Below the pieces are notes generated by a model that saw only the letters and a list, made by a program, of their open reading frames with translations, did no database searches and was not told the origin of the DNA. Made by a program: the position numbers and the translations under genes. A stretch of 12,961 nt of DNA from Candidatus Eiseniibacteriota bacterium (GTDB lineage: Bacteria > Joyebacterota > Joyebacteria > Joyebacterales > Joyebacteraceae), in NCBI GenBank assembly GCA_043819135.1, contig JBDRFG010000018.1, positions 1 through 12,961 of the forward strand. Direction: 5' to 3'. Numbering within the stretch: the stretch's first letter is position 1; every line of letters starts with the position of its first letter. Below are positions 1-8,873 of the stretch, one piece after another.

Positions 1-2301
1 GCGATGCATCTCGTCTTCCCCGATGGGCTGAAGATGTCCATCCAGGGCATCTCGAGAACGGTCGGCCAGGTGGAGTAGCGCAGCCAGGCGCACGACCGTG
101 CCACCCAGCTTGTTTCCCCAATCCGCGACGCTCTCGAGCTCTCCGGACGGTCCGAGGCTGGGCTCGATCTTCCGCTTGAAGTCGACCAGGAGTGAGTACG
201 CCCTCTTGCTGAAGGGAAGCACCCGGGGACTCACCTCCCCCAGCTCGTCCTTCTCTGCGGGAACCTCGAGAAGCGCGGTCACGCCTTCCTCGTAAGCTGC
301 CCGGATGTCCTCGGGCAGGGGCGGCGAATCCGCTTCTCGGCTTCCCACAAGGCTCTTCGGAACGGCCCACAGGAACCTCGCGAGGAGACCTCGACCGCGG
401 AAGCCCTTCTTGTCCTTGAGTGCTGTGATGACTTCTGGCTGGACGGCGAGTCCGATCGTGATGGCCGGGTTCTGGACCGATCCGCCCTCGCGCCCGATAC
501 GGTCCGTGGAGATCGGGCTCCCGCTGTGGCCCTTGAGGTAGATGTCGAGGTTGGGGACGTTGTCCGAGTAGCGTCCTCCCATGAGCTCGAAGGGGCCGCC
601 CTCGTCGGACATGATCGCGATGCGCCCGCCCTGCTGACGGAGCACGACCTCGAGCGACTCGGCCGTCACGTCGTCGAGGATGAGCCTGAGAGGCGCCGGG
701 ATCTGTCTGCCGCTCTGCTCGAACACGGCCTCATCGACGAGGTTCAGGAGCTTGGCATGCTCCGCCGGGTCGGCTGCCTTCGCCGCCCGCGCTTTGAGCT
801 GCTCAATGCGCTTCTCGCCGATGTCTGCACGGGCCGTAGCAATTCGGATCTCAGGCTCACGTCGACGCCGCTCCTCGGCCACGAAGCGCGCCACAGGCTT
901 GGTGGCAACCGTGAAGGCCGGGCTCTTGGATTCGCCGGACTTCAAGGCGACCGCGACGTAGAGGTTGATGGGCTCCGGCCAGTCGGAGCGCACACTCACG
1001 GAGTACTTCTTGGCAGTGCAGAGCGACAGGACGGCGAGGGCGAGCATCGCGGGGAGATCAACGGGGCACTGCAGGGCATCGGCAAGGGCGGTTACCCAGT
1101 CGCGCAGCCAGTCGGGGAGCGTGTCGACCGGAAACGTCGGCACGCCTCCCGTGGGTCCGATCGGAATCGGATCACCCCACACCGGCGCTTCCCTCTCCTC
1201 GGGGTCCGCCGAGTACGGATTGACGCGCTCTGCATCAGCGAACGGGTCGCGCGGCAGGGTTCCCCCAAGGTAGCGATCATTGTCATCTTCCGTTTCAGCG
1301 TTTGCATCTCCCGGCCCGCTGCGAAAGATCTCGCAGCGTTCACACAGCGTATCGACGATCTGGCGCGCGTATGTGCCTCCTGCCTCATCAGCGTGAGTCC
1401 GGACGACGACTTTGGCCCCTTTGGGAACACGGTCAGCGATCGCCTGGCACCACGCGCCTGCCTCGACACCGAAGCAGGCTGACGCCGCCCCCTGCAGGTC
1501 ACGCAGGCGGGCCGACCAGAGCAACCAGTCCGGCTCGCCTTCAGCAACGATGACGTCGGACGCTTCATCACTCTGTGAAGCACTTCCGCTCAAGAGCCGT
1601 GCAGCAACAGGGTCGGCGAGGACAAGTCCCTTCACCGAGAACCCGCACGGCGCGAGCGACTTGGGCTGCGTGTCGGGGTCGAGACAGCGGGCGCAGAGAG
1701 ACACTGCCTCGCCGGTGTGGTCCCAGAGCCGGAAGAGCAGCCGGTGTCCGGTGTCGGCCCACGAACCTGCGCGCGACCACGCCCAGCTTGGGAGAAGAAG
1801 GCCGTGCGGGATCGCCCGGGCGAGATCGTCTGTCTCGACCTGTCGAATGAAGAAGTCGCCGCCATCGCCGAAGCGGCGACGGAACCACTCCACGGCGTCG
1901 TCATCCGAGCCGACCGGGACGGACGCTGACCACAACGCGTCTACCTCAGCCTTCGGAGGTCTGTTGGAACGCTGCTCCATCGTGGCGGCGGGTTTGAGAA
2001 GTTGGCTGGCCTTGAGGGCTTGCGGAGCGTGCTGAGGGAGAACTCGGGGCGTCTTCTCGCCACGGAGCAGTCCGCGCCGAATGTGGCTACGAGCCTCGCG
2101 TTCCGGGAGGCCGGTCTCGAGCGCTGCGCCGAGTAGAAGCTCCTCGGCTTCTTCGTGACCGACAGCGCCGGCGCCGACGAACTCGCCGATGGCGGCCGCG
2201 GCACGGAAGGCAGCGCATGCCCGACCGGATGATGTGTTCCTGAGGGATCCGAGCTCGGCATCGAGCGCGGCACGAACGTAGGCATCTCGAGTCCACGTCA
2301 T
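1..2301 (-). CDS. Primase-helicase-like replication protein (helical N-terminal domain + TOPRIM + DUF3987/YfjI-type P-loop ATPase); 3' end lies beyond the left edge
   Basis: Manual translation: ATG at 2301 (MTWTRDAYVRAALDAELG...), AAGGAG RBS at 2310-2315, upstream in-frame TAG at 2332-2334, no stop down to position 1. TOPRIM-like VIVAEGEPDW (EGEPD 1528-1542) and VRTHADEAG. DUF3987-type motifs WPEPINLYVAVALKSGESKS (Walker A-like 922-939), DDVTAESL, IAIMSDEG (598-621), RGRGLLARFL, WGNKLGGTVVRLAALLH. Confidence 0.88.
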   Translation of the reverse strand, partial: MTWTRDAYVRAALDAELGSLRNTSSGRACAAFRAAAAIGEFVGAGAVGHEEAEELLLGAALETGLPEREARSHIRRGLLRGEKTPRVLPQHAPQALKASQLLKPAATMEQRSNRPPKAEVDALWSASVPVGSDDDAVEWFRRRFGDGGDFFIRQVETDDLARAIPHGLLLPSWAWSRAGSWADTGHRLLFRLWDHTGEAVSLCARCLDPDTQPKSLAPCGFSVKGLVLADPVAARLLSGSASQSDEASDVIVAEGEPDWLLWSARLRDLQGAASACFGVEAGAWCQAIADRVPKGAKVVVRTHADEAGGTYARQIVDTLCERCEIFRSGPGDANAETEDDNDRYLGGTLPRDPFADAERVNPYSADPEEREAPVWGDPIPIGPTGGVPTFPVDTLPDWLRDWVTALADALQCPVDLPAMLALAVLSLCTAKKYSVSVRSDWPEPINLYVAVALKSGESKSPAFTVATKPVARFVAEERRRREPEIRIATARADIGEKRIEQLKARAAKAADPAEHAKLLNLVDEAVFEQSGRQIPAPLRLILDDVTAESLEVVLRQQGGRIAIMSDEGGPFELMGGRYSDNVPNLDIYLKGHSGSPISTDRIGREGGSVQNPAITIGLAVQPEVITALKDKKGFRGRGLLARFLWAVPKSLVGSREADSPPLPEDIRAAYEEGVTALLEVPAEKDELGEVSPRVLPFSKRAYSLLVDFKRKIEPSLGPSGELESVADWGNKLGGTVVRLAALLHLADRSRDALDGHLQPIGEDEMHR

Positions 2302-2309
2302 GAGTGCTT

Positions 2310-2315
2310 CTCCTT
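2310..2315 (-). promoter_or_regulatory. Ribosome-binding site of the primase-helicase gene
   Basis: AAGGAG on the minus strand, 8 nt upstream of ATG 2301. Confidence 0.75.
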
Positions 2316-2464
2316 GGTTCGAGACTTGAACCTAGAGGGACGGGCGTCTATTCCCTCTCTCGCAGGGAGGTCGTCGTCACTCCCTTCGAAGGAGAAAGGG
2401 GGGTCAAGCACCCAAAACGGGGACACCTCATAGAGAGCCGAGCGCGGCCCTGCTCTGAAGCGCG

Positions 2465-2492
2465 GCAGCCCCGGGCCAAAGCCCGAGGCTGC
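2465..2492 (-). other. GC-rich 12-bp hairpin upstream of the primase-helicase gene
   Basis: Minus strand GCAGCCTCGGGC-TTTG-GCCCGGGGCTGC; the one non-Watson-Crick position is a U.G wobble only on the minus-strand RNA. Confidence 0.5.
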
Positions 2493-2589
2493 TCAACTGC
2501 GTGAGGGAAATGTGGTGTCGGATTCAACCGCTCTAACCACAGCCAGTTAGCGCGGGCGGCGGGCCATCAGCATGCGGACGCGGGGCGCT

Positions 2590-2682
2590 GCGGTTCCTTT
2601 GGGGGTGAGCCGTCGGGTGCCAACGACCCCGGGTTTCGAGGCGTGCGAGTCATCTGAAAACAGGTTAACACCTGTAACACCC
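2590..2682 (+). repeat. cos-like (phage packaging signal-like) element, copy A
   Basis: GCGGTTCCTT (2590-2599), 12-nt spacer, then GTCGGGTGCCAACGACCCCGGGTTTCGAGGCGTGCGAGTCATCTGAAA (2612-2659), 41/48 identical to 8897-8944. Followed by CAGGT-TAAC-ACCTG and two TAACACC repeats. Layout resembles lambda cosQ (GGGTCCT)/cosN (GGGCGGCGACCT)/GGTTTTCG. The repeat is certain; the cos function is inferred. Confidence 0.6.
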
Positions 2683-2755
2683 GTGCCGGGCACAGGATGC
2701 CTAGCGAGCGAGGTTCGGGGGCACCCGACCCGGCGGCCCGAGACAGAACGTGCTC

Positions 2756-5700
2756 TCAGTCGGCAAGGTCCGCGACCCGAGTGTCGCCTGAGACAACCAG
2801 CAGGTCGACGACTCGCTGCCACCGAGCCTCTTGTTCCGGTGTAGTGAGGTCCGCCCTTCGGTCACGTAGCCATTCCGGCAACGTGAAGGTACTGGCGCAT
2901 CCATCGCCTCCACCTTGCACAACCTGCTCGATCCACTTCAGACCGGTGTCGACCTGATCGGCCAGCGTTAGCTCCCGCACGGCGATTACCAGTGCGTCTA
3001 TGCACTTGCGGTTTCCGACAGCGACCTTAAGCCACCGGTTGACTTGCGACGACCAAGCGAGCAGGTCACGCCATGCCTGCGGCTCGCCGGCCAGCTCCAA
3101 CGTAAGGTAGGGCCAAGCGTAAACGGGGTTTGGGACTAGCTCAGCGAGGGCGTAGTCGCCCCAGCTTCGGTTTGTGAAGAGGCCGGGGTCGTCAGCGCCT
3201 GCGTCGAGAACGAGGTCCATCAGGCTCGGCCACAGTCGCCGCGCTTCGGCCGCTGCATCGGGTCGCTCCTCTGCTGCGGCGTTGATCGCCCTGAGGGCCT
3301 CAGCCAGCATCCGTGAGTTGCCCAGGTAAGCCCTGATGTGGTCGAATAGCGGTCCGTCTCGGTCGTCGGTCGCTTGCCACAGCGCTGCTCTCGCGGCTAT
3401 GAGCGAATCGCTGTCGCTGTGTTGGTAGCCGTGCTCGTAAGCCAACATGCTGCGTCGATGCGCAGCAAGAAGGACATCCAACGCTTGCTGCGCCTCCTGC
3501 CTGCAGCACGCTCCGCTGACTGCCGCTGAGCCGTAGGCGCGCAAAGCAGCCGACAGTCGGCGGACGATGATGCGATCTGCGTCGGCCGAGGCCAGTGAGG
3601 AGATGATAGGAGGGTCGAGCTGGGAGATGGTCCGACGCTGAAGGTCCTTGTCCCATGGACCGAGGACGCAGTCACGGCATGACGCCTCGACCAGATCGAA
3701 CGCCACGCGGTGGTGGCAACGGCCCTGCAAACCGGTCGAACACGGCGTTGACCAAACGACATCAAGGCCGCGCGCATAGGCCAGCCGTGCTTCGTTCGAA
3801 GCGCCCCAAGCCACCGCCCTGCTGACGGCGATCAGATGCTCCACACCATCTGCTGAGTCGATTCCCAGAGACCGACGCAACCCCTGAGCCGATGGCAGAA
3901 GGAGGTATGGCAGGGCTCGTCCGGCAGAGCGGTCTGCGCCCTGGGTGAACAACGAAACGTCGAAGGCGTCGCTAGGGTGTTCCTTGATGGCTGATGCAAC
4001 ATCGAGCAGCACCCCGGCGCTCCATTGAAGGTCGGTGTCGCTGACCTCAACTCCTCGATCGAAGTGGAGCTCGATAGCGGATGCAGCTGCAGCGACGGGA
4101 CCGTCCAGCGGCGCTCCAGGAGCCATCTTCGGCGGATCCGCGAGCAAGTCCTCGGCTGTCGCCAAATCCGCCGCTAGCGCCTCGCTCGACATGTCCGGGG
4201 CACGACCACCCTTGTCCCGCGTGTGCGCATGCCGGACAATCAGACCGACAGCGTCGTTTACCCTACGTAGATCTGCATTGGTTTCCCCAAGCACCGCCTC
4301 CACCTCGGGATTGGTGGCCTGCTGGATCAGAAGCTGTCCATCACGCTCCTCGACCTGATAGGCGGTGCGATCGAGTGTGGCGGCCCAGTTCTGCACGGCG
4401 GCGAGGTGTTGCTTCGCGGCGGGCGACGTGTCGTCCCCGACTTGCACCCTCGCTGTCGCCAGCAGTCGTTCACCAAGTTCACGAAGTTGCTCGACCCGCT
4501 TGCCTTCTGCTCGGAGTGTGAGCGTCATGCAGGCCTCGCGCAGGCTCCACGAACGTCGGTCGAGTCCCTCTAGTCCCGGAACTTGAGCCGCCAGGCCGCT
4601 CGACTGCTCGTGAACGGATCTTGAGAACTCCAGTTTCCAGATGAGCGGCTCCACGATGAAAGGGTCGAGCGCGTCACCCGTCGTGTCGAGGTGGCGGACA
4701 AGCATGCCCACCACGAGGCCCGGCATGGCGAGACTCTCAGCACCTTCGAGGAGCATCGGAACAAGTCGAGTGACCGGCACACCGAGCCGTACGATCTCGT
4801 CGCTCGCGAGCTCCAATGCTTGTAGAGCACTCATGCACGGATAGGGGCCGACACCCGTTCCTCGGTACCAGAGCCAGACGTGCCCGTCTCCGATGTAGGT
4901 CCGTGGCTCCCCGGTGATCGAGATTTCGTGCTCGTACGCACCGTCGTCCTCGTCGGGCGCCGGCGAGTACCGGAGGTTCGAGAGGATGCGGACTCGATGC
5001 CGGGCCGCGTGGTTCAGAAGCTGGTTGAGACAGGCGACTCCGCCTCGGTAGTCGGCACGGAACATGGCGAGGAAGGGCCCACGGTAGTAAGCCGCCAGAG
5101 GAGTCTGAAAGCCCCCGCCAGTGTGGTCGCGGATGCCGTCGTCCTGGAACCCGCCGTATCCGAGTTCATCTTCGTCGTCCTCATCGGCTTCCAGGTAGTA
5201 CGCCTCAACCAGATCAATGAGAAGAGCCGAATCGAAGTCAGCGAGGGCTTGTCCCGCCAGTGCTGTCTCGACTGCGGGCGCGAGCGAGTGCGGCTCGTCC
5301 TCGGCAATCCGACGCAGGATTGCCTCACCCTTGGGCCCAAGGTCTGGCCCAAGTAGGGCCAGGTGAGCGATCGAGGACTCATCGATCCACTCGTAGGGGC
5401 GTCGCCGAACGCGTCGCCGACGTCGTCTTGTGCCGGCCGAGAGGCTTGTCAGCGCGGCGAGTTTCTTGTGCCGCTCCTCATCGGCCGCGACCTCCTCCGG
5501 TGACCGCGCTGCCTGTGCAGCCAGAGCTTCGACCTCGCGCCTCTCCAATTCACGTTCATTCTCAGCGCAGCGATCGGCGATCGCCCCGGCAAGTGCGAGC
5601 CGCGTCGGCTGTTCAGCCGGTGTTCGCCGCAGGACATGGGCTATCAGCCAGTCGCGAATCAGGATCGCCGCTTCGCGGCCCAGGCCAGGCGGCGTCCCCT

Positions 5701-7900
5701 CGTTGAGTAGCTGCATGACCACCGGGCCAGCAACGATCGTATCGAGCATTCCTTGGCGTTGATGCCGGAGCTGCAGAACTCGGAAGAGGCGCCGCACGCC
5801 CTTCGCATCGTTCTCCAGCAACGCGCTCCAAGCGTCCTGGAGAACCGGGAGCGGGTGCGCAATCGCGAGCATAGCCTCGGTTGGTACGTCGGCCCATCTT
5901 TCACCGTGTCCTGACGCGGCCAGATCATCAAAGGACGCCTGCAGGCGTCGGAACCGACCAAGCAATGGGTCTTCAGCGGTGTCGGGGCTCGACAGCAGCA
6001 GCTCACATGCAAGCCTGGCTGCAGGCAATGCCCAGCGCGGGGCGCTGACTGTGGCGAGCTCGTGAGCCGGATCTCTCGCCACGACGAGCAGTCGTGCGAC
6101 TGCGTGGGCGCGAAGGAGGTCGTGAGCGAACTCCGGTACTCGCTCCCAAGGCAGCGAACCGCTCGAACGAAGGACCGCGCTGTGCCTCAGGCCAGCGACG
6201 GCGGCGGAGTCAAGATTGCCCAAGAGGGTGTCGACTGGTCCCTTGGTCAGCGCGTGCGCCGCGAGGCTGAGCATCGCCTGTTCACGGCCGTCGGGCAGCC
6301 CGGCGTCCCGGCGGCCTCCGTTCCGCACCAGTTGTTCCCAGACATGCTCCAGGGCCTCGGCGTCGCTGAGCGGAACTCCGGGGTCGCCCGCCCGAGCAAG
6401 CAGTTCTATGACAATCGGTCGTCGCAGGAGCTCCCGGCCCTTCGGGTCTTCTGCCAGTCGCTCCAGCTCCGGAAAGTGCCGCACGGCGATCGAGATCTCA
6501 TCGTCTGACAGCGGCGGGACCACGTATTCCCGGACGCTGGCGCCACCAGCCTTCATCAGCTCGATCGCAACGGCGGCGCCCTCTGAGGCGGCCACCGCGA
6601 CCACGGTTACTTCGCTACTCCGGGCTGAACGAAGGATGTGAGCAAAGACCTCCTGTCTGTTCTCAGCCGCCGCCTCTGCAGCATCGACAATGAGAAGCCG
6701 GTGGGGAGCCGTCAGTCCGGCAAGTAACTCCTCCAGCGGCTCTGACAGGGCAGCGATGAGGTCGAGTGGTGTGACGGGTAAGTCGCGGAGATTGATGGCC
6801 AGCACCTGATAGTCATCGCCGAGTGCCGACGGCTCAATGGCGTCGAGGACGGCTGCACTCTTGCCGATCCCCGAGTCACCCCTCACTACTAGGTTCTCGC
6901 CTGTTCGTTGCAGGACCTCCGCTAACTCGGCTCGCATCTCGGTGCGTTCCAGCCTCAACCCGGCATGAGTGCCGGAGCCAATCAGTGTCCTGGGCACGGC
7001 TGCCCGAGCTTCTTGATCAAGGAGTGCCAATCGTTTCCACCCAACTGAAGAACGATGCGCTGTTGGATCGATGAAGGCGTGGAGCCGCCGGCGAAGCGTG
7101 TTCGCATCGACTGCGGCAGCGGTCTGAGCAAACTCACCGGTTAGGATCTCCAGCTCATTCCGAAGTGCGATCGCCGAGGCTGCCGTGCCCTCGACACTCC
7201 ATGGCTCTAGGAGGTCAGCGAGGGCTGCCCAATCCTTGTCGTTCGAGGGCTCAAGGTTAGGGCTCAGAACGTAGAGCCGCCGCAACAGGCTCCAACTGCG
7301 GTGCTCTCTCGACCCTCCGTCCGCGACATCGAGGCTCGCAAGGGCATTCGCAACCAGATCCGTGAAATGAGACAGGCGCGATCTGAGCTTGGCCGAGAAC
7401 TGACCCGGAACATTGATCAGAGAGAAGTAGGCGTCGGCGTCACTCTGATTCCGGGCGAGACCGGCCAGCGCGGCGAGTTCTCCTGCTCCGCCTTGAGGCC
7501 CGGAAACCGCAATAGCAATCCGGTCTTCGACTTCGGGAGAAGTGTCCGCTGCAAGATCAGCCCCAACAAGCGAAGCGAATAGCTGCTTCGTCTGGTCATT
7601 GCTACGAGCGAACTGCGGACGTCTTCGGCAAGCGATGGCGAGGCGAATACTCCGGGCACCGTTTCCGGCGTCCGCTACGAGAACCAAATCATCAACGGCA
7701 GAGGTCGCCGCTTGCTGGAAAGCGACACGCGTCGGCGCTCGCTCACCGAGTTCCGATATGACCGTCCCGCTGAGGAGCCGCGCGAGACAGAGTGCCCCGA
7801 CGCGATGCTCGAACCTGATGCCGCCGCCTCCGGTCGCATACGGGCTGCTCGGCACGACGGCAGCGCAAGGGGTTCTGTCACTCTTTTCTTCCTTGGGCAT
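2756..7900 (-). CDS. Large STAND/NACHT-like P-loop NTPase, AVAST (Avs)-like putative anti-phage protein with an N-terminal restriction-endonuclease-like domain
   Basis: 1714-aa ORF, GAGG 5 nt before ATG. Walker A GDSGIGKS (6857-6880), Walker B LLIVDAAE, LLRRPIVIELL and FAHDLLR motifs typical of STAND helical/winged-helix domains, long helical C-terminal region with WLWYRGTGVGPYPCMSALQALE. N-terminus SPYATGGGGIRFE...VAFQ...VDDLVL resembles REase-fold effector domains of STAND proteins. Confidence 0.82.
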   Translation of the reverse strand: MPKEEKSDRTPCAAVVPSSPYATGGGGIRFEHRVGALCLARLLSGTVISELGERAPTRVAFQQAATSAVDDLVLVADAGNGARSIRLAIACRRRPQFARSNDQTKQLFASLVGADLAADTSPEVEDRIAIAVSGPQGGAGELAALAGLARNQSDADAYFSLINVPGQFSAKLRSRLSHFTDLVANALASLDVADGGSREHRSWSLLRRLYVLSPNLEPSNDKDWAALADLLEPWSVEGTAASAIALRNELEILTGEFAQTAAAVDANTLRRRLHAFIDPTAHRSSVGWKRLALLDQEARAAVPRTLIGSGTHAGLRLERTEMRAELAEVLQRTGENLVVRGDSGIGKSAAVLDAIEPSALGDDYQVLAINLRDLPVTPLDLIAALSEPLEELLAGLTAPHRLLIVDAAEAAAENRQEVFAHILRSARSSEVTVVAVAASEGAAVAIELMKAGGASVREYVVPPLSDDEISIAVRHFPELERLAEDPKGRELLRRPIVIELLARAGDPGVPLSDAEALEHVWEQLVRNGGRRDAGLPDGREQAMLSLAAHALTKGPVDTLLGNLDSAAVAGLRHSAVLRSSGSLPWERVPEFAHDLLRAHAVARLLVVARDPAHELATVSAPRWALPAARLACELLLSSPDTAEDPLLGRFRRLQASFDDLAASGHGERWADVPTEAMLAIAHPLPVLQDAWSALLENDAKGVRRLFRVLQLRHQRQGMLDTIVAGPVVMQLLNEGTPPGLGREAAILIRDWLIAHVLRRTPAEQPTRLALAGAIADRCAENERELERREVEALAAQAARSPEEVAADEERHKKLAALTSLSAGTRRRRRRVRRRPYEWIDESSIAHLALLGPDLGPKGEAILRRIAEDEPHSLAPAVETALAGQALADFDSALLIDLVEAYYLEADEDDEDELGYGGFQDDGIRDHTGGGFQTPLAAYYRGPFLAMFRADYRGGVACLNQLLNHAARHRVRILSNLRYSPAPDEDDGAYEHEISITGEPRTYIGDGHVWLWYRGTGVGPYPCMSALQALELASDEIVRLGVPVTRLVPMLLEGAESLAMPGLVVGMLVRHLDTTGDALDPFIVEPLIWKLEFSRSVHEQSSGLAAQVPGLEGLDRRSWSLREACMTLTLRAEGKRVEQLRELGERLLATARVQVGDDTSPAAKQHLAAVQNWAATLDRTAYQVEERDGQLLIQQATNPEVEAVLGETNADLRRVNDAVGLIVRHAHTRDKGGRAPDMSSEALAADLATAEDLLADPPKMAPGAPLDGPVAAAASAIELHFDRGVEVSDTDLQWSAGVLLDVASAIKEHPSDAFDVSLFTQGADRSAGRALPYLLLPSAQGLRRSLGIDSADGVEHLIAVSRAVAWGASNEARLAYARGLDVVWSTPCSTGLQGRCHHRVAFDLVEASCRDCVLGPWDKDLQRRTISQLDPPIISSLASADADRIIVRRLSAALRAYGSAAVSGACCRQEAQQALDVLLAAHRRSMLAYEHGYQHSDSDSLIAARAALWQATDDRDGPLFDHIRAYLGNSRMLAEALRAINAAAEERPDAAAEARRLWPSLMDLVLDAGADDPGLFTNRSWGDYALAELVPNPVYAWPYLTLELAGEPQAWRDLLAWSSQVNRWLKVAVGNRKCIDALVIAVRELTLADQVDTGLKWIEQVVQGGGDGCASTFTLPEWLRDRRADLTTPEQEARWQRVVDLLVVSGDTRVADLAD

Positions 7901-7993
7901 TGGAGCCTCGACACCACACTAGGTCTAGGAGCCGATTGCACTCGCTCGAGTCTTCGAGCGGCGTGCATGCACCCGTTCGTTCTCGCTTGCTCC

Positions 7994-8105
7994 GCCCAAC
8001 GCCTCGCGCATTAGCCGCGGCCGGTGCCGGCGCGAGTCCTGCCACCGAAGGCGAATGCGGCGCGAGTGACAGCAGCGTGATGTCGGATGCATAGGCTGGG
8101 TGGAC
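7994..8105 (-). mobile_element. Integron attC-like recombination site (solitary, partly degenerate)
   Basis: Begins 9 nt after the GIY-YIG stop on the minus strand: GTCCACC (one mismatch to R'' RYYYAAC)-CAGCCTATGCATCCGAC...GTCAC...CGCGCCGGCACCGGCCGCGGCTAATGCGCGAGGC-GTTGGGC (exact R' GTTRRRY). Length 112 bp, within the usual attC range. Confidence 0.62.
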
Positions 8106-8114
8106 ACATGCCGG

Positions 8115-8519
8115 CTAGTCGTTCCAGCGCGGCCTCAGAACCGCGATCGCGAAGTGCTCGAGTCCGTCTCGGAACGCCTCGTCGTTCACCACCATGGCCT
8201 GAACAACACACGACCTCTCAAGGTACCGCCGAACGGCTTCCTCATCCTCGAACTGACCAGCGTTGATGAGCTTCCGCTTCAGAGTCGACACCCGGCGACT
8301 TCCAGCAACGTGGTTTCGCCAGACGCGCCGTCGGAGGTCGGCGCCCTGGCCCACGTAGATCGACCGCGTCCATCTGGAACCGTGCTCAGAGATGCGATAG
8401 ATGCCAGGCTCGTCCGGCAGGCGAGACGAAAGACCCGTCTCAATGCGCAGCTTCCGGGACCGCAGCAGACGATCGAGTTTCTCACTATACTCCTCGATGG
8501 TCCGGACCTTCGATTTCAT
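8115..8519 (-). CDS. GIY-YIG nuclease family protein (134 aa)
   Basis: C-terminal part of the 535-aa track ORF, likely true start MKSKVRT (ATG 8519). Motifs LPDEPGIYRI...IYVGQGADLRRR...H and GLEHFAIAVLRPRWN (conserved Tyr, Arg, Glu and Asn of the GIY-YIG fold). Confidence 0.88.
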   Translation of the reverse strand: MKSKVRTIEEYSEKLDRLLRSRKLRIETGLSSRLPDEPGIYRISEHGSRWTRSIYVGQGADLRRRVWRNHVAGSRRVSTLKRKLINAGQFEDEEAVRRYLERSCVVQAMVVNDEAFRDGLEHFAIAVLRPRWND

Positions 8520-8873
8520 ACCATCACCGCGTGTTGTCTGACTGCAGATAGACAGAGTCCTTGTACGGGTCTCCCCGGGATTCAGCGGACGCGCGCACGC
8601 TCTGCACGATGCGCCTACACAAACATCACCACCATAGCGCGAATCTACAGGCATGCACAAGCACTGCCGCCGGGTTCTGGTCATTGGCTCGCACGTTTGC
8701 CCCCTCGCCGGATACTCGGTACATAGGGCCTCAGGCCTCCCTGCCTCCCTCGAAGGCGCCGCACGCTGGTCACGGGACGGGCACTCGGACATCCCACACC
8801 ATCCCTCGAGAGCACGCACATACCGCAGCAGGCTGTTCTGCCGATTGGTCACACAGGCAGCGAGTGTGCTCGC

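Noticed and set aside
526..1482. 318-aa plus-strand ORF and other short ORFs within 98-2296
   Set aside because: Antisense or off-frame shadows of the primase-helicase gene; 526-1482 shares its codon register.
3300..7922. Many short ORFs overlapping the STAND gene
   Set aside because: Shadow ORFs expected in GC-rich coding DNA; no motifs or RBS support.
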